NCBI RefSeq assembly: GCF_000372725.1
Contig: NW_005201349.1
Location: 260,723 to 324,722, forward strand
DNA from: Emiliania huxleyi CCMP1516
Lineage: Eukaryota
DNA length: 64,000 nt
Reading direction: 5' to 3'
The position numbers and the translations under genes were made by a program. This document shows positions 11,736 through 23,345 of the stretch, piece after piece. The notes under the pieces are model-generated. The model was not told the DNA's origin. It searched no databases and saw only the letters and a program-made list of their open reading frames with translations. Each line of letters opens with the position of its first letter. The first letter of the stretch is position 1.

Positions 11736-12484
11736 ACCCTAGGTTTGGCGCGGTTGATTGCGCTAGCTCTCCTGCTCGAGCCTTGATTGCGCGGGCATTA
11801 TTTCTTTTTTCTCGGAGCAATTGCTCCTGCTTCTACCTACCTCCTGCTTGCTTGCCTCCGAGCTTCTGAAAGCGAACCAAGAAACGACTCTGCGCCCCAC
11901 CCCTGTTCGACCTCACACACAAGGAACGCGCAGAGCTCGGCGCGCGACTAGCGTGCGGACGCATGCATGTACATAAAAATCTCTCTCAGACGGCGCCACA
12001 GCCCCCAGAGACCCTCAGCAGCTCCCTACGAGCGCCAGGCCGCCTCCGCCGCCATCCTGGCAGCAGCCGCCTTGGCTTAGGCTGAACAAGCTTTTCCTCT
12101 CGCACCCCGTCTGTTTTTTCCTTTCCTTTTTTCTCTACAACACCCTCTCTTTTCCTCTCTATTTTCCCGGGAAAACTCCGTGGAAATCGTCAAATTTTGG
12201 GCTCTGAGCCGAGTCTTAGGCTGGTTTGGGCCCAAAATCAGCCAAATTTTAGGCCAAATCGGCAAAATGCCAGGAATTTTGCGGAGAACCCGTGTAAACC
12301 TGGAAATTACCCTGCGACCGCCTGGGTATTTTGTCGATTTCCTCAATTTTGCCTCAGATTTTGCCCCAGTGCCCAGACCAGCTCTCACTCAGACTCAGGG
12401 AAACTCGCGAGTTTCCAGAATGGAGCACCAAACACCCTCTGTTTTCCCTGGAAATTTCCGGAAACGCAAAGTGCTGGGGACCCT

Positions 12485-12663
12485 CTGTTTTCCTTTCTGT
12501 TTGCCGGAAAAGCTTGTTCAGGCCAAGCCTTGGCCATCGTAGCGGCAGTGGCCGCGCGCCTCTTGGCCAACGCCTCCGCCAGCGCCGTCTCGTGGTCTCG
12601 TCCCCCTCAACGGCCGAGCGCTTGGCCTGTACGAGGTTTTCCGGCAAACAAAAAGGAAAACAG
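12485..12663. repeat. 44 bp imperfect inverted repeat in an AT-richer intergenic block
   Basis: 12485-12528 ctgttttcctttctgtttgccggaaaagcttgttcaggccaagc is the near reverse complement of 12620-12663. Confidence 0.8.
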
Positions 12664-13485
12664 AACCCCGTCTCCGCGGAGGACGCTCGAGGCCCAGGCC
12701 TCGAGTGTCAGGATTGCTTTGAGAACTTTTACAAGGAGTACGACGTGGAGCCTTGGCTCTGGCGCCGGGCGATGCGTGAGGGCTGGTCGGAGCTGGGGGG
12801 CTGGTCGCGAGAGGAGATGGAGGCGGCGGAGGAGGAGATGCGGCGCGGCGAGGGTTCTGATGCCTATGGGCTTCAGATCTCTCAGCTAGGCGAGTGGGTC
12901 TGCGATGCTTGCTTGGAGGGCTATTTGGGGGGGGGCGTTGGCGACTACTCGGAGCTGCGCAGCGGCTACCGTATCCGAGTAACCCCTGGATAGGTCGCTC
13001 GCGCGACCTCTCCTGGATGCGCAAGCAAGGGGCCCATACATAGGGGTCACGCGGAGGGAGGCGCTGTTAGCGGCGGAGGAGGCGAAGGCGGCCGCGCGGG
13101 CGGCGGAGAAGGCGGCGCGGGCAGCGGAGGGGGGGAAGGGCGGCGGCAGCGGGCGGCAGTCCCGCGAGGCACGCCGGCGGAAGGGTTCGTCTTCGCGGGG
13201 CGGGGTGCGCACTGCGCGCCGCGAGGATGAGGAGCCTGAGCCAGGGGAGGGTTGGGAAGGGGGGGCGAGGCCGGAGGAGTATGACGGCCTCTTCGACGGC
13301 CCATAAGGGGCCGTTGTCTGCTGTGCCTTTTGTGGTGCTAGTTCGTGCCAGTCTGCTGTGAGAGGGGCTTGTATTCGTAGAATTCTCAGCGGGCGAGCCG
13401 GCCAGCGCCAACAACCGCAGAAGCCGTGGAATTGAAAACGCACTGCTGAGCCGGTTGTTGTCGGGTGTCTCCCCAACACTGACTC

Positions 13486-14110
13486 ATGTGGCTCGTGCTC
13501 GCCGCCTCCAGCCTCACTCCGCCGCGCGCGTGGCGCCTACCGCCTAGCGCTTTGCGCGCGGGCTCCGCGGCCGTGTGCGAGGCGGACGGCGGCGGTGGCG
13601 GTGGCGAGCAGAACGCCCGCAGCATTCCGCCTCCGCTTCCGGCATCGACGGACCCGTTCGTGCTGCTCGGCCTCGACCACTCCTCCGCCGGCGACATTGC
13701 GGCCATCAAAAGCGCCTACCACCGGCTTACCAAGGCGCGCCTGTCCTCTGGCCCTCTCTTCCTCCTTTCTCCTTCGGCGCCTCTCCTCCATGACACGCCC
13801 AAAGCAAAGCCCTCGCCGCTGTGGGCGCCAGGCACGCCACCCCGACAGCCTCGTCACCGCCTCGACGCCCGTCCGGCTACGACAGCGGATCCACGACGAC
13901 TTTTCGCGGGTCAACGCGGCGTACGAGGTGGCGCCGCCGCCGCCGGCCCCACCGCCCAGCGCCATATACATGTGTATGCGAGCCCTGCGCCATCATCTCC
14001 GCCATCAGCATAGCCCTCCGCCCCTCTCCGCGACGCATCCGCGACGCGTCCACGGCGCGGCCCCGACACTGACAGGAGTTGCGCAGCAACGAGGGGCTGC
14101 CGCCGCCGCC
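13486..14110 (+). CDS. DnaJ (J-domain) protein with targeting peptide; 3' end unresolved near a gap
   Basis: DPFVLLGL...IKSAYHRLTK|ARHPD...DDFSRVNAAYE; GC-AG intron 13735-13831 restores the HPD motif. Confidence 0.8.
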
Positions 14111-15014
14111 GCGCCGAGGTGCGGCCGCCTCCTCCCACCGCTCCCGCCGGACACTGCCACTTAATTCCCCCCCGCCGGCAAGGCCCGCTTCCCTTTATCG
14201 TCGAGGGGACACCCCGCGCTTTTCAAGGGGGTCAGTTCCCGCCGCGCCCGCCCGGTAAACCTCTCGCGGCCGCTTGTTACACTTCATGTCCGGCGGGGTG
14301 GTAACTGTACCCAGTACCGCGCCCTAATTGAATTCCTTCGGCCCCTACAAGTTGCTCACCCGCCCCGCCCCCCNNNNNNNNNNNNNNNNNNNNNNNNNNN
14401 NNNNNNNNNNNNNNNNNNNNNNNNNNNNNNNNNNNNNNNNNNNNNNNNNNNNNNNNNNNNNNNNNNNNNNNNNNNNNNNNNNNNNNNNNNNNNNNNNNNN
14501 NNNNNNNNNNNNNNNNNNNNNNNNNNNNNNNNNNNNNNNNNNNNNNNNNNNNNNNNNNNNNNNNNNNNNNNNNNNNNNNNNNNNNNNNNNNNNNNNNNNN
14601 NNNNNNNNNNNNNNNNNNNNNNNNNNNNNNNNNNNNNNNNNNNNNNNNNNNNNNNNNNNNNNNNNNNNNNNNNNNNNNNNNNNNNNNNNNNNNNNNNNNN
14701 NNNNNNNNNNNNNNNNNNNNNNNNNNNNNNNNNNNNNNNNNNNNNNNNNNNNNNNNNNNNNNNNNNNNNNNNNNNNNNNNNNNNNNNNNNNNNNNNNNNN
14801 NNNNNNNNNNNNNNNNNNNNNNNNNNNNNNNNNNNNNNNNNNNNNNNNNNNNNNNNNNNNNNNNNNNNNNNNNNNNNNNNNNNNNNNNNNNNNNNNNNNN
14901 NNNNNNNNNNNNNNNNNNNNNNNNNNNNNNNNNNNNNNNNNNNNNNNNNNNNNNNNNNNNNNNNNNNNNNNNNNNNNNNNNNNNNNNNNNNNNNNNNNNN
15001 NNNNNNNNNNNNNN

Positions 15015-16012
15015 TTCGCTGAGGCGATGTCAGCGGCGCTGCGGTCATCGGCGGCGGTCGCTGTGGCGGCCGCATATGGGGTGGCGGCGGCGGCCGTTGA
15101 GGCGGCGACGGCGGACGCGGTGGCGGCGGCAGGCGGGGCGGCGGCGGCGGGCGAGGCGGCGGCGGGCGCGGTGGAGGCGGCGGAGGCGGCGGCGGAGGCA
15201 GCGGCGGCGGAGGCGGCGCTGTTGCGTGCTGAGCTGCGTGCGGCGGCGGCGAGTCTGGGAGCGGCGACGAGGGAGCTGGGCGAGGCTCGTGCGGCGGCGG
15301 CGGCGGCGGAGGTGTCGATCCAAGCGCGAGTGGCGCAGGCGGAGCTGGCCGCCGTCAACGAGGCGAGGTCTAGTGGAGGTATGGCGAGATGTAGCCGCGT
15401 CCGTTTTGACGCGTCCAGCGGTGCGCAGGCTATGGCGGTGCGGCGGGCCGAGCGGGCCGAGGGGCGGCACGAGGCTTTGCGTGCGGTGCAAGATGCAGTG
15501 GCGGCGGAGGTGGCGGCGCACGAGAGGCTGCAGTCACAACACGTCCCTCTCGACTCGCGGATGCACTCGCGGAGAGAGCGAGAGACGAGCGCACGCCGAG
15601 AGAGAGAGAGCCACCGAGAGAGCCCCACCGACCGACTGCCCTCAGCAGACGCCGCCGCGCAGCAGCAGTGAGTGCCCCAGGCTGAAGACGAGCTCGAGAG
15701 CACTTCTCTTCTCAGGTGGGCGGGGCTGCGTGCAGCGCCACGCCTCGCTCCGTGATGAGCTGATGGGCGGCCATGAACAGGTGGCGGGGCTGCGGGCAGA
15801 GCTCGCCGCCGCCAAGGAGGAGGTGCGGCAGGCGGCGGAGGCGCGCGCGGCCCACGAGGCGTCTCGAACAGTGTGATTGCGTCTCCGGCGCTGGCCCGGC
15901 GGGTCATTTCCCCTGTCTCCGTCTCCATTTAGGCGTTGCGCGAGGAGCACGCGGCGCTGCTGGCCGAGCACGCGGCGCAGGAGGAGGAGCTAAACCGGCC
16001 TTGGTACCAGCA
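15015..16012 (+). CDS. Ala/Glu-rich coiled-coil protein, partial (5' part in gap), multi-exon
   Basis: Heptad-like segments AEAALLRAELRAAAASL, SLRDELMGGHEQVAGLRAELAAAKEEV separated by intron-like stretches. Confidence 0.5.
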
Positions 16013-16626
16013 GGTCCACTCAGCCGCCCTTGCCCCCACCGCCCTGTGAGAGTTTCCCCCACATGCAGCATGCGCCCCGCCGTAGGACCCGCGGCCCGAC
16101 CGGCGGATCGGCCGGCGGCGAGGAGGCTGAGAACAAGGAAGGAGGGGGGGGAGTGGCCGCCGTCCACTTGCGTCGTCCGTGAATGTATGACTCTTCTTTA
16201 TTTCTGCCAGCGCGCAGCGGTGTATCAACTTTCTATCATCTCCAGAGTCTAGTGACGTAGATCGTACGGCTTTAGTGTGTGGCTGCTGGCTCGATATTAC
16301 TTTGATAGTGTGCTGTGCTAAGCCTGCTAAGGTGACGGGATAGGAGGCGTCCCTCGGGTCCTCCCATCGGGGGGGGTTTCTCTGTTCTCTCTTTTTCAAG
16401 TACGTACACGTACAGTAATCACGCCCCGCCGCGGCGCGCGCAAAAGGCGCGGCGCCGCCACACGGCCACACTGAACCACTGCTGCCGCCGCCGCGCTGCT
16501 GCTATATGGTTAGGCTATGTGTGCTGCCGCGCCGCCGCTTCTGCCGCGACCGCTCTTCCCCCCATGCCCCAAGCCACCACACGGCTCGTGTTACTGGCCC
16601 GGGCCTCACCACACTCTAAAGGGGCG

Positions 16627-17600
16627 CTAGCTGCCAAACTTTGGCTCCACCTCGATGACCTCGAACTCGACGCCCTCGACGACAAAGACCTCGCGCCTCC
16701 CGGACGGGGCGAGGTAGGTGAGGGGCGGGAAGCACATCTCCGCCTCGCCGGGGAAGCAGGAGAGGAAAGTGAGGTCGGCGCCTGGAGGTCGAGGGGAGCC
16801 CGAGGGGAGCCGGAGGTGAGCCGAGCCGACCAGCACGAGAGGGACGCCACACGGCATGTGCCGGCGCCTCGGTCCATGAAGGACTCGGCGCGCAGCTTGA
16901 AGAGCAGCGCGCGGCTCGCGCCGGCGGGGCTGAAGCCGACGCTGTACGACACCGCGACGCGGAGGTCAGTCGTTGTCGACATCGGCGCGACCTCGGTGCC
17001 GCCCTTGGTTGCGAATCCTTCGGTCAGCTCCAAATTCTTCGAGCGGGGGGGGGGGGGGCTGAGCAGAGGCGGGAGAGCCGAGGCGGCGGGGCTAGGGTTC
17101 CTCGGGGGCGAGTGCGGTGCCTTCATGCCTCGCCACACGTCCATCGGCTCGTTTGCGTCGGATCTCGCTGCGCCGACGGCCCGCAGCAGGCGGATCGCCT
17201 TGGCGAGAAGGAGGATGGGTGGCTAATGCGTGGATGAATTAGGCTTTGCGGCGGGCAGGCGCGCCTCGGCGATGAGGAGAAGCGTGACGGGGAAGGGGTA
17301 GGGTATCCCGTCGACATGGCGCCGCAGCGGGCCGTTGAGCGACCGGAAGCAGTTGCACGTGTAGAGGCGGAGCGCCGCGACGTGGGCGGGGGAGAGGCCG
17401 GCGAGGCGCGAGTGCGGGTGCGCCACAAAGTCGTCGAGCGAGAGGCCGGCGGGTCGGCCCTCGTCCATCACTCCGTTGGGCCACCGCCGCGGCAAGTCTC
17501 CGGTGCGGCCGTGCAACAAGTACTCGAGGCACTCGCGGTCGTCCTCTGTGCCAAGAACGATCTCATCAAGCCCCGAGGCGACCCATCTGCGTTCATGCGG
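16627..17600 (-). CDS. Mono-ADP-ribosyltransferase, R-S-E (ARTC) class domain, multi-exon; 5' end unclear
   Basis: Spliced reading: HVAALRLYTCNCFRSLNGPLR ... DVWRGMK ... GGTEVAPMSTTTDLRVAVSYS ... DLTFLSCFPGEAEMCFPPLTYL; GC-AG intron 17199-17264 verified in frame. Confidence 0.85.
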
Positions 17601-17977
17601 TCCATGCGTGACACTGCCATTAGAACTTAGCGTGACACGCTCAGCCACTTAGGTCGTCTTTATCCCACGGCCGCTGCCTCGTAAGAGTCACCAACCTTTT
17701 TTCAAGCTTCCTTGCTATTCTCCACGATCTTGTCAGCTGGAGATGGATAGCGGTGTTCTCTCTCTCAATGTCAATGCGCCTTTGTTCTGCCCGCCAAAGG
17801 TCAACCGTGCGCCTCACTCGTTCCTTACTCGTTGCCTTAATCTGCCTGAGCCGCCTCAGGACGTTAACACGCTGCCTGAGCCGCTTCCAGAGGCGAGCAG
17901 CATTCGCTGACACTCTCCATGGCGGTGGCGCGCTGGGGCCAAAGTCCCATGCAGAGAGGAGGCTCTGTCCTTGCATG

Positions 17978-18058
17978 CGTGACACTGCAATCAGAACTAA
18001 GCGTGACACGCTCCCAAACTAAGCGTGACACGCTCCCAAACTAAGCGTGACACGCTCC
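17978..18058. repeat. 21 bp tandem repeat (ctaagcgtgacacgctcccaaa) with a related copy at 17608-17643
   Basis: Three adjacent units visible. Confidence 0.85.
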
Positions 18059-18466
18059 GAGATCGCAATCTCCCCAGGGTTCGGCTCCAGTGTGGGTAGG
18101 GTTCCCCCTACCCCCAGGGAGGGGGAACCCGCACTGGACGCGCGTCTCGGGAACATATGTCGTGAGGAGCGACTTCATCTCACGGCAGGCAACGAACAAA
18201 AAGACGACGCTCGGCAGGAGGAGTAGGTCACACACGAGGACCGCCCACACGAAGCGTGTCGTGCGTGGACGGAGCACCCAGTGCTGAGTTTTCCCCTTGC
18301 GTGAAGCGGGTTCTTCTTTCGATGACAGCAGCAGAAGGGCGGCGAAGATCAGCGACGCCGGGTTGAAGTGGCCCACACTCGCGACGAGGGCCACGCCAAG
18401 AGCGAACGTACAGCGGTCAATCTCCTGCCGCAGAGCCAGCACCGGGTCGGCCATCGCCCGATGCAA
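18041..18466 (-). CDS. Hypothetical membrane protein segment, possibly the 5' part of the ART gene
   Basis: Hydrophobic stretches FALGVALVASVG, LIFAALLLL, FVWAVLVCDLLLLPSVVFLFVAC. Confidence 0.35.
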   Translation of the reverse strand: MHRAMADPVLALRQEIDRCTFALGVALVASVGHFNPASLIFAALLLLSSKEEPASRKGKTQHWVLRPRTTRFVWAVLVCDLLLLPSVVFLFVACREMKSLLTTYVPETRVQCGFPLPGGRGNPTHTGAEPWGDCDLGACHA

Positions 18467-18632
18467 ACAACGCGGCGGTTTCGAGCATGCGATAATGGCA
18501 CGCGATGGTCTTCCCCGGATTGAATTCTTTTTTGCTTCCTCTCTCGAGTCCTAGGCTGTTCTTCACCTTTCTACCTACCTACCTAGCGCAAGGACGACTC
18601 TTCTGACGCCCACTCCGATCATTTGCCGCTTA

Positions 18633-19807
18633 GAGGGCCCAACTTCAGAATCGTGCTTTGAGTTGGGTTGTTTCGTGTTGGGTAGGGTTGTGGTTGGGTT
18701 GGGTTGTTCCGCGTGAGGTTGGGTCGTCGGCGCGAATGGTGAGGTCTCGACCGCCGCCGCTCACGCCAGCGGACGGCCACCATCGGTGTTTTGGCTTCGC
18801 CACCGTCCAAGGCGTGCGCCATGCGCTCGCCGGCATCGAGCGAGCAACGTGATCGACCGAGCGGCTTGCTGTGTGGTCGCCTTCTTCTGGCTCTCGTCGA
18901 GAGCGTTTTGCGTCCCGGCGGGTGGGAGAATGTGTGTCGTCTGAAGTGTCACTGTGTGCGTCACATCGATGTGGATAACAAGCACGGTCGATCCGTCAAA
19001 GCGATACACTCGTTCCTATCACGCTGGAAGGCTTGCACGGAGCTCTGTGCCGGCACACAGAAGAGCCGTGCGGCAAGAGAAGAGCTCGATGGGGAGCGAG
19101 AACCGTCAGAGGTGCTCACCCAGGTTTCGGAAGTCCGCCTTGATGCGGTCAGTTCCCCCCAGGTTTGACCGCGCAGCTCGCAAGACTCGTCGAGCACTCG
19201 CAGCCTTTCTGCGCCTCTGACTCTGCAAGCTATGCGGGAAGAGCAGTTTATCCGCAATATATGGAAGAGGAGAGAGCCACAGGCTTTCGCTCGGGAGGGA
19301 TTGAGTGCATCGCGACGGACTTCAGGTTACACCTGAAAATCTGACGGTTCTCGCTCCCCATCGAGCTCTTCTCTTGCCGCACGGCTCTTCTGTGTGCCGG
19401 CACAGAGCTCCGTGCAAGCCTTCCAGCGTGATAGGAACGAGTGTATCGCTTCGACGGATCGACCGTGCTTGTTATCAAGACCGATGTGACGCACACAGTG
19501 ACACATCAGACGACACATATTCTCCCACCCGCCGGGACGCAAAACGCTCTCGACGAGAGCCAGAAGAAGGCGTCCACACAGCAAGCCGCTCGGTCGATCA
19601 CGTTGCTCGCTCGATGCCGGCGAGCGCATGGCGCACGCCTTGGACGGTGGCGAAGCCAAAAACACCGATGGTGGCCGTCCGCTGGCGTGAGCGGCGGCGG
19701 TCGAGACCTCACCATTCGCGCCGACGACCCAACCTCACGCGGAACAACCCAACCTGGGCCAACAACCCAACCCAACCCAAAAAGCACGATTCTGAAGTTG
19801 GGCCCTC
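18633..19807. mobile_element. Foldback / long-TIR non-autonomous element (~475 bp arms, ~230 bp spacer)
   Basis: 18633-19110 is the near-perfect reverse complement of 19340-19807; mirrored ORFs in the ORF track agree. Confidence 0.85.
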
Positions 19808-20203
19808 CGCCAACTCATATCTTTGCTCAGAGGATTCCCGGCGTATTCTTTTGTCTTAATGGGACTAGTTGCAAAAAGTCTCACGAGTCACGTGGATTGC
19901 GGAGAGAGAGAGATTTTTAGCAATACCAAACAACTCTAACACTCACACGTAATTTGGGGCCTGGAGCCCTGTTCACGCGCGCGCGAGACGTGCAGACAGG
20001 GTTGCCCGGTTGTTTTTGTGGATTGCGGTGGAAAAAGCACCAAAAACTACCAAAAACGATGTCACGGCCAGCTCGGCACTATCTACTTTTTAAGGTGGTA
20101 GCAAACCCTTGGCGCGCGCAAAGCTGTGTCCAACTTGTTGTAGATACTAATCGCAATCGCGAGCCACTCAAATCTGCTGATCCAAACCTGCTGTCTCGAC
20201 CAG

Positions 20204-21610
20204 CTAGGGAGCGGACCGCACCCCACGAGGCGCAGGGAGGCCGAAGGTTACGTAGTCGTTCCGGTAGAGCTTGTACACTCTTGCGGAGAGCTCGGCGGTG
20301 TAGTACGAGTCGAGCCAACCCGCGGCATCCGTCCTATGCTGCGCGTCGCCCTCCGAAAAGGCTGCCACATGCGCGGGGTCGAATCCGTGGCGAAGCAGAT
20401 CATCGCGCAGTCGCGCGTCGAAGCCAGGCATGAAGCCAGGCTCCAACCGAATGATCCTCACCGTCGACCGGAACGCCGCATCGCTGAGCCCGCAAAACGA
20501 CGACTGCTCGCAGAAGTGGTAGTCGCACGACGGACGCGTGACGTGACGCCGGGTGAGCGCGCGGACAAAGTGGGCAAAGCTGATGTTTCCGTATCGTTGC
20601 TGCGGGGCGGTGCCCCAAGGCTGCCCCGGCTCGAGATGAGGCACCTTCAGCGGCTTTCGCTTGGGGTGATGCAAGGGGTGCGCCACGCAGTGACGGCCGG
20701 TCTCCACCTCGTTTTTGTAGTGGAGGCACTTGTCGATATAGGCCGACAGGAGCCTTTCCCTCGGATCGCGGATCGTCACGATCCACTCCACAAACGGACA
20801 GCCAATCAGGGCGCGACGCTGGTCGTCCGCGAGCGCCGACCACATCGGAAGCAACCGGCTTTGGTACGAGAAGGCTGCGATCGCCCATACGCCCTGCCCG
20901 CGACTCTCAGACGCTTTCAGCCAGCCGTGCTGGGCGTGGAGGAGCTTGAGCCAAGACGTCGCCATGTTCTTCTCGATGGGGCAGACCAAGAGGGTGGAGA
21001 AGATCAGCCACCGACCGCCCAAGCTCACAAGCGAGTCATCGGGTGCCGCGCTACCGCGCGAAGCGCACCGGGACGCCACCTTCGCGATCAACCGATTGCT
21101 CGATGTCGGGGTGCACGAGCAGTTGTAGCTTGCCCCGCCTGGCGGGAATCCACACTCCACCGTGCTCGGCCCGCACCTGAACGTGCCTCGGCACGCTGCG
21201 GTCCACATGCTGCGCGCCGTACAGCCAAAGGACCGACCGTGCACGCACGGCGCGACGCTATCCTGCCTGGCGAGTTCGCAGCGGCCCTCGTGCGACGTCA
21301 CGCGAGCGTCGTGCGCCGAATGCAGTGCAGCACGACTGCGGTTTCGGCTGTGCCGCGTCGCCGGCTGCACGTCACGATCCCTGCACGAGCAATTGTAGGT
21401 TGGATCGCCTGGCGGGAAGCCGCACAACACCGTGCGCCCTGCACAGCGGAACGTGCCTCGGCACTTTGCGGTCCACATGCTGCCGCTCGCAGCGTCACAG
21501 CCGAAGCTGCGCCCGTGCACGCACGGCGCGAAGCTCGCCTGCCTGAGCAGTCCGCAGCGGCCCTCGTGCGACGTCATTTCATAGGTCCCGGACATGGTGA
21601 CGGGCATCAC
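20204..21610 (-). CDS. Carbohydrate sulfotransferase (Sulfotransfer_2 type) with two N-terminal Cys-rich DUF3011-like repeats
   Basis: 5'-PSB-like VCPIEKNMATSWLKLL, 3'-PB-like IRDPRERLLSAYIDK, HFCEQSSFC, VYKLYRNDYVTFG; two repeats CxLxRQxSxAPCVHGRSFGC...MWT..CRGTFRC. Confidence 0.85.
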   Translation of the reverse strand: MMPVTMSGTYEMTSHEGRCGLLRQASFAPCVHGRSFGCDAASGSMWTAKCRGTFRCAGRTVLCGFPPGDPTYNCSCRDRDVQPATRHSRNRSRAALHSAHDARVTSHEGRCELARQDSVAPCVHGRSFGCTARSMWTAACRGTFRCGPSTVECGFPPGGASYNCSCTPTSSNRLIAKVASRCASRGSAAPDDSLVSLGGRWLIFSTLLVCPIEKNMATSWLKLLHAQHGWLKASESRGQGVWAIAAFSYQSRLLPMWSALADDQRRALIGCPFVEWIVTIRDPRERLLSAYIDKCLHYKNEVETGRHCVAHPLHHPKRKPLKVPHLEPGQPWGTAPQQRYGNISFAHFVRALTRRHVTRPSCDYHFCEQSSFCGLSDAAFRSTVRIIRLEPGFMPGFDARLRDDLLRHGFDPAHVAAFSEGDAQHRTDAAGWLDSYYTAELSARVYKLYRNDYVTFGLPAPRGVRSAP

Positions 21611-21959
21611 CGCGCCAACACGCGTTTTCTGTGGATTTGGAGCAGATAGCTGTAGGGAACAGCAAGTCTGGGTTTTTTAGGTTTGTTGTTGGCAAGACAC
21701 AGAGCTCACACAGAATCACAGCGGGAGGAAAGCGGCGAGTCGCAATTCCTGGGGTCCTTGTGGCGGGCCACCCTGTCCAGAGAGGCATGGATGCCAATCT
21801 GGGGTCTCTCGACCGAGTCTGATTTCGCCTCGCCGCCTCCCGATGGTGGTAAGGCTGGAGAGCCAAAGCGGCGGAGATGGCGGGGGAGGGCGGGGGATCG
21901 AGGAAAGCACGACTCGCACCGACCCTTCACGAACCGAAAGGCTGCACCCGGGGTAGGAG

Positions 21960-22141
21960 CTCCAGAGGTCATTGGCGCGGGCTGCGGCCGCACAGGCACG
22001 ACCTCGCTCAGCATGGCCCTCGAGCGGCTTGGGTTTGGACCGTGCCACAGCATGGCTGCGGTGGCGAAGATGGTACGCGAGCGGCCGTGGGCTCGCGCGC
22101 TGGAGGAGCCGGAGCGGGCTAATACAGATTTTCATCGTTAA
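21960..22141 (+). pseudogene. Fragment of a Sulfotransfer_4-type sulfotransferase
   Basis: VIGAGCGRTGTTSLSMALERLGFGPCHSM matches the family N-terminal P-loop; ORF stops soon after. Confidence 0.7.
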
Positions 22142-22257
22142 GTAGCTAGTCGTGCCACGGCACATTGCTGCACGAGGGGTGAGGGGACACGGATTGAAGA
22201 TCCCTCACACCAAGATCGTGCAGGGCGGGGACACACGTCCCTAAATCCCATCTCGTC

Positions 22258-22920
22258 TCAGAGTTTGACCGTTTTCTTTAGACATTGCTGCCAAAACGCA
22301 ATCAATTCTAGCTGCTTTTCCCATGGGCCCAGATTGGCCGCTTGCTGGATGAGCTCTGTGTACACCTCTCTTTCTGCTGCGAGACCGGCGCACAGGTTTA
22401 CGAGACCACGCTCGCTCACGGTCCTGTTGTACTCATGACTAAAAGACTGTTGGCCGTCTCTCTCGTGCGTACTGGGCACCGGAGCGCGCCCACCTCCGAG
22501 CATGGCGTTTATCTGCTGCCAATCTTGCCAGATTGCCTCGGTCCGTAACACGTAGATCTTCTTGGCCGTGCAGTTGCCGATTCCTACTGTCGGGAAAGCA
22601 AGGATTGGCCGCGCATAAAAGCCGAAGTTGAAATAAAAGTGCGTATGCCCCAGTTGGATCTCCCCGCGAAGCGTTCGCCAGCCGAGCTCCGCACAATTCG
22701 GATTAGGGTGCGTACTCATGGCTGGGTTGGATGTCGAGCCCTCGATAAGGCCGCCCACACCCGCGAGGATGGCTGTGTGTTTGCCTCCCCGACTCGGACG
22801 GCCGCCTCAGAGGGCGGGAGTGCTTCCTATCGCCCTCTCACCCGCGGGTGATGGCCGAGTCCACGGAGCCGCACGCTGCCTCTCCTTCGACGCAAGGCTC
22901 CGACTTCTATAGAGAAAACC
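22258..22920 (-). pseudogene. C-terminal part of an algal sulfotransferase-like protein, 5' disrupted
   Basis: HFYFNFGFY..KIYVLRTEAIWQDWQQINAMLGG..NLCAGLAAEREVYTELIQQAANL resembles from memory a diatom/haptophyte sulfotransferase-like family; no intact N-terminus. Confidence 0.4.
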
Positions 22921-23184
22921 CCATCTGCACCAGCGTTTTAAAGTGAAATCGTCAAGAGAAATCGATGCCCCGGGCTGGGCTTTGGGGTAGGCAGCCACCT
23001 TTTTGAAGGTGAGGCGTATCTGCCGACCTGTGAAGACGCTTTACTTGCGAGCAGTGCGTCGACCAGATGGCGCGAGGGCACCGCAACATGGCTAAGGAGG
23101 CAGGGAAGCTTCTGCTCCGAGACGGCCGCTCAGGACCGCAAAATGGTGTTCCTGAAGGTTGTGTTAGTCGGGCTGGCCAGTCCC

Positions 23185-23266
23185 CGGGGCCTGACGGTCC
23201 AATGTTTCCCTCAAGAGGACTTCTCCCCTACCCCACCCTTCCACTTTAGATGTGTCGGACCATAGG
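23185..23266. repeat. MITE-like dispersed repeat (copy 2)
   Basis: Matches 5703-5793. Confidence 0.7.
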
Positions 23267-23345
23267 AGCCGGAACCCAGCTGGGTTTGCCGCGGCATCTC
23301 GCCACTCGCCGACCGAGCCGGGTTTGCCAGTGCATTTCGCACCCG

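Noticed and set aside
12690..12993. CxxC...CxxC peptide as a zinc-finger gene
   Set aside because: No credible start, lies beside repeat-like DNA, no family recognised
14328..15928. Long ORFs spanning N runs
   Set aside because: Length is an artefact of the assembly gap
17978..18058. 21 bp repeats as a CRISPR array
   Set aside because: Units are directly adjacent with no unique spacers, no cas genes, eukaryotic context
21681..21732. Short similarity to 40216-40274
   Set aside because: Probably a real repeat fragment but too short and diverged to classify
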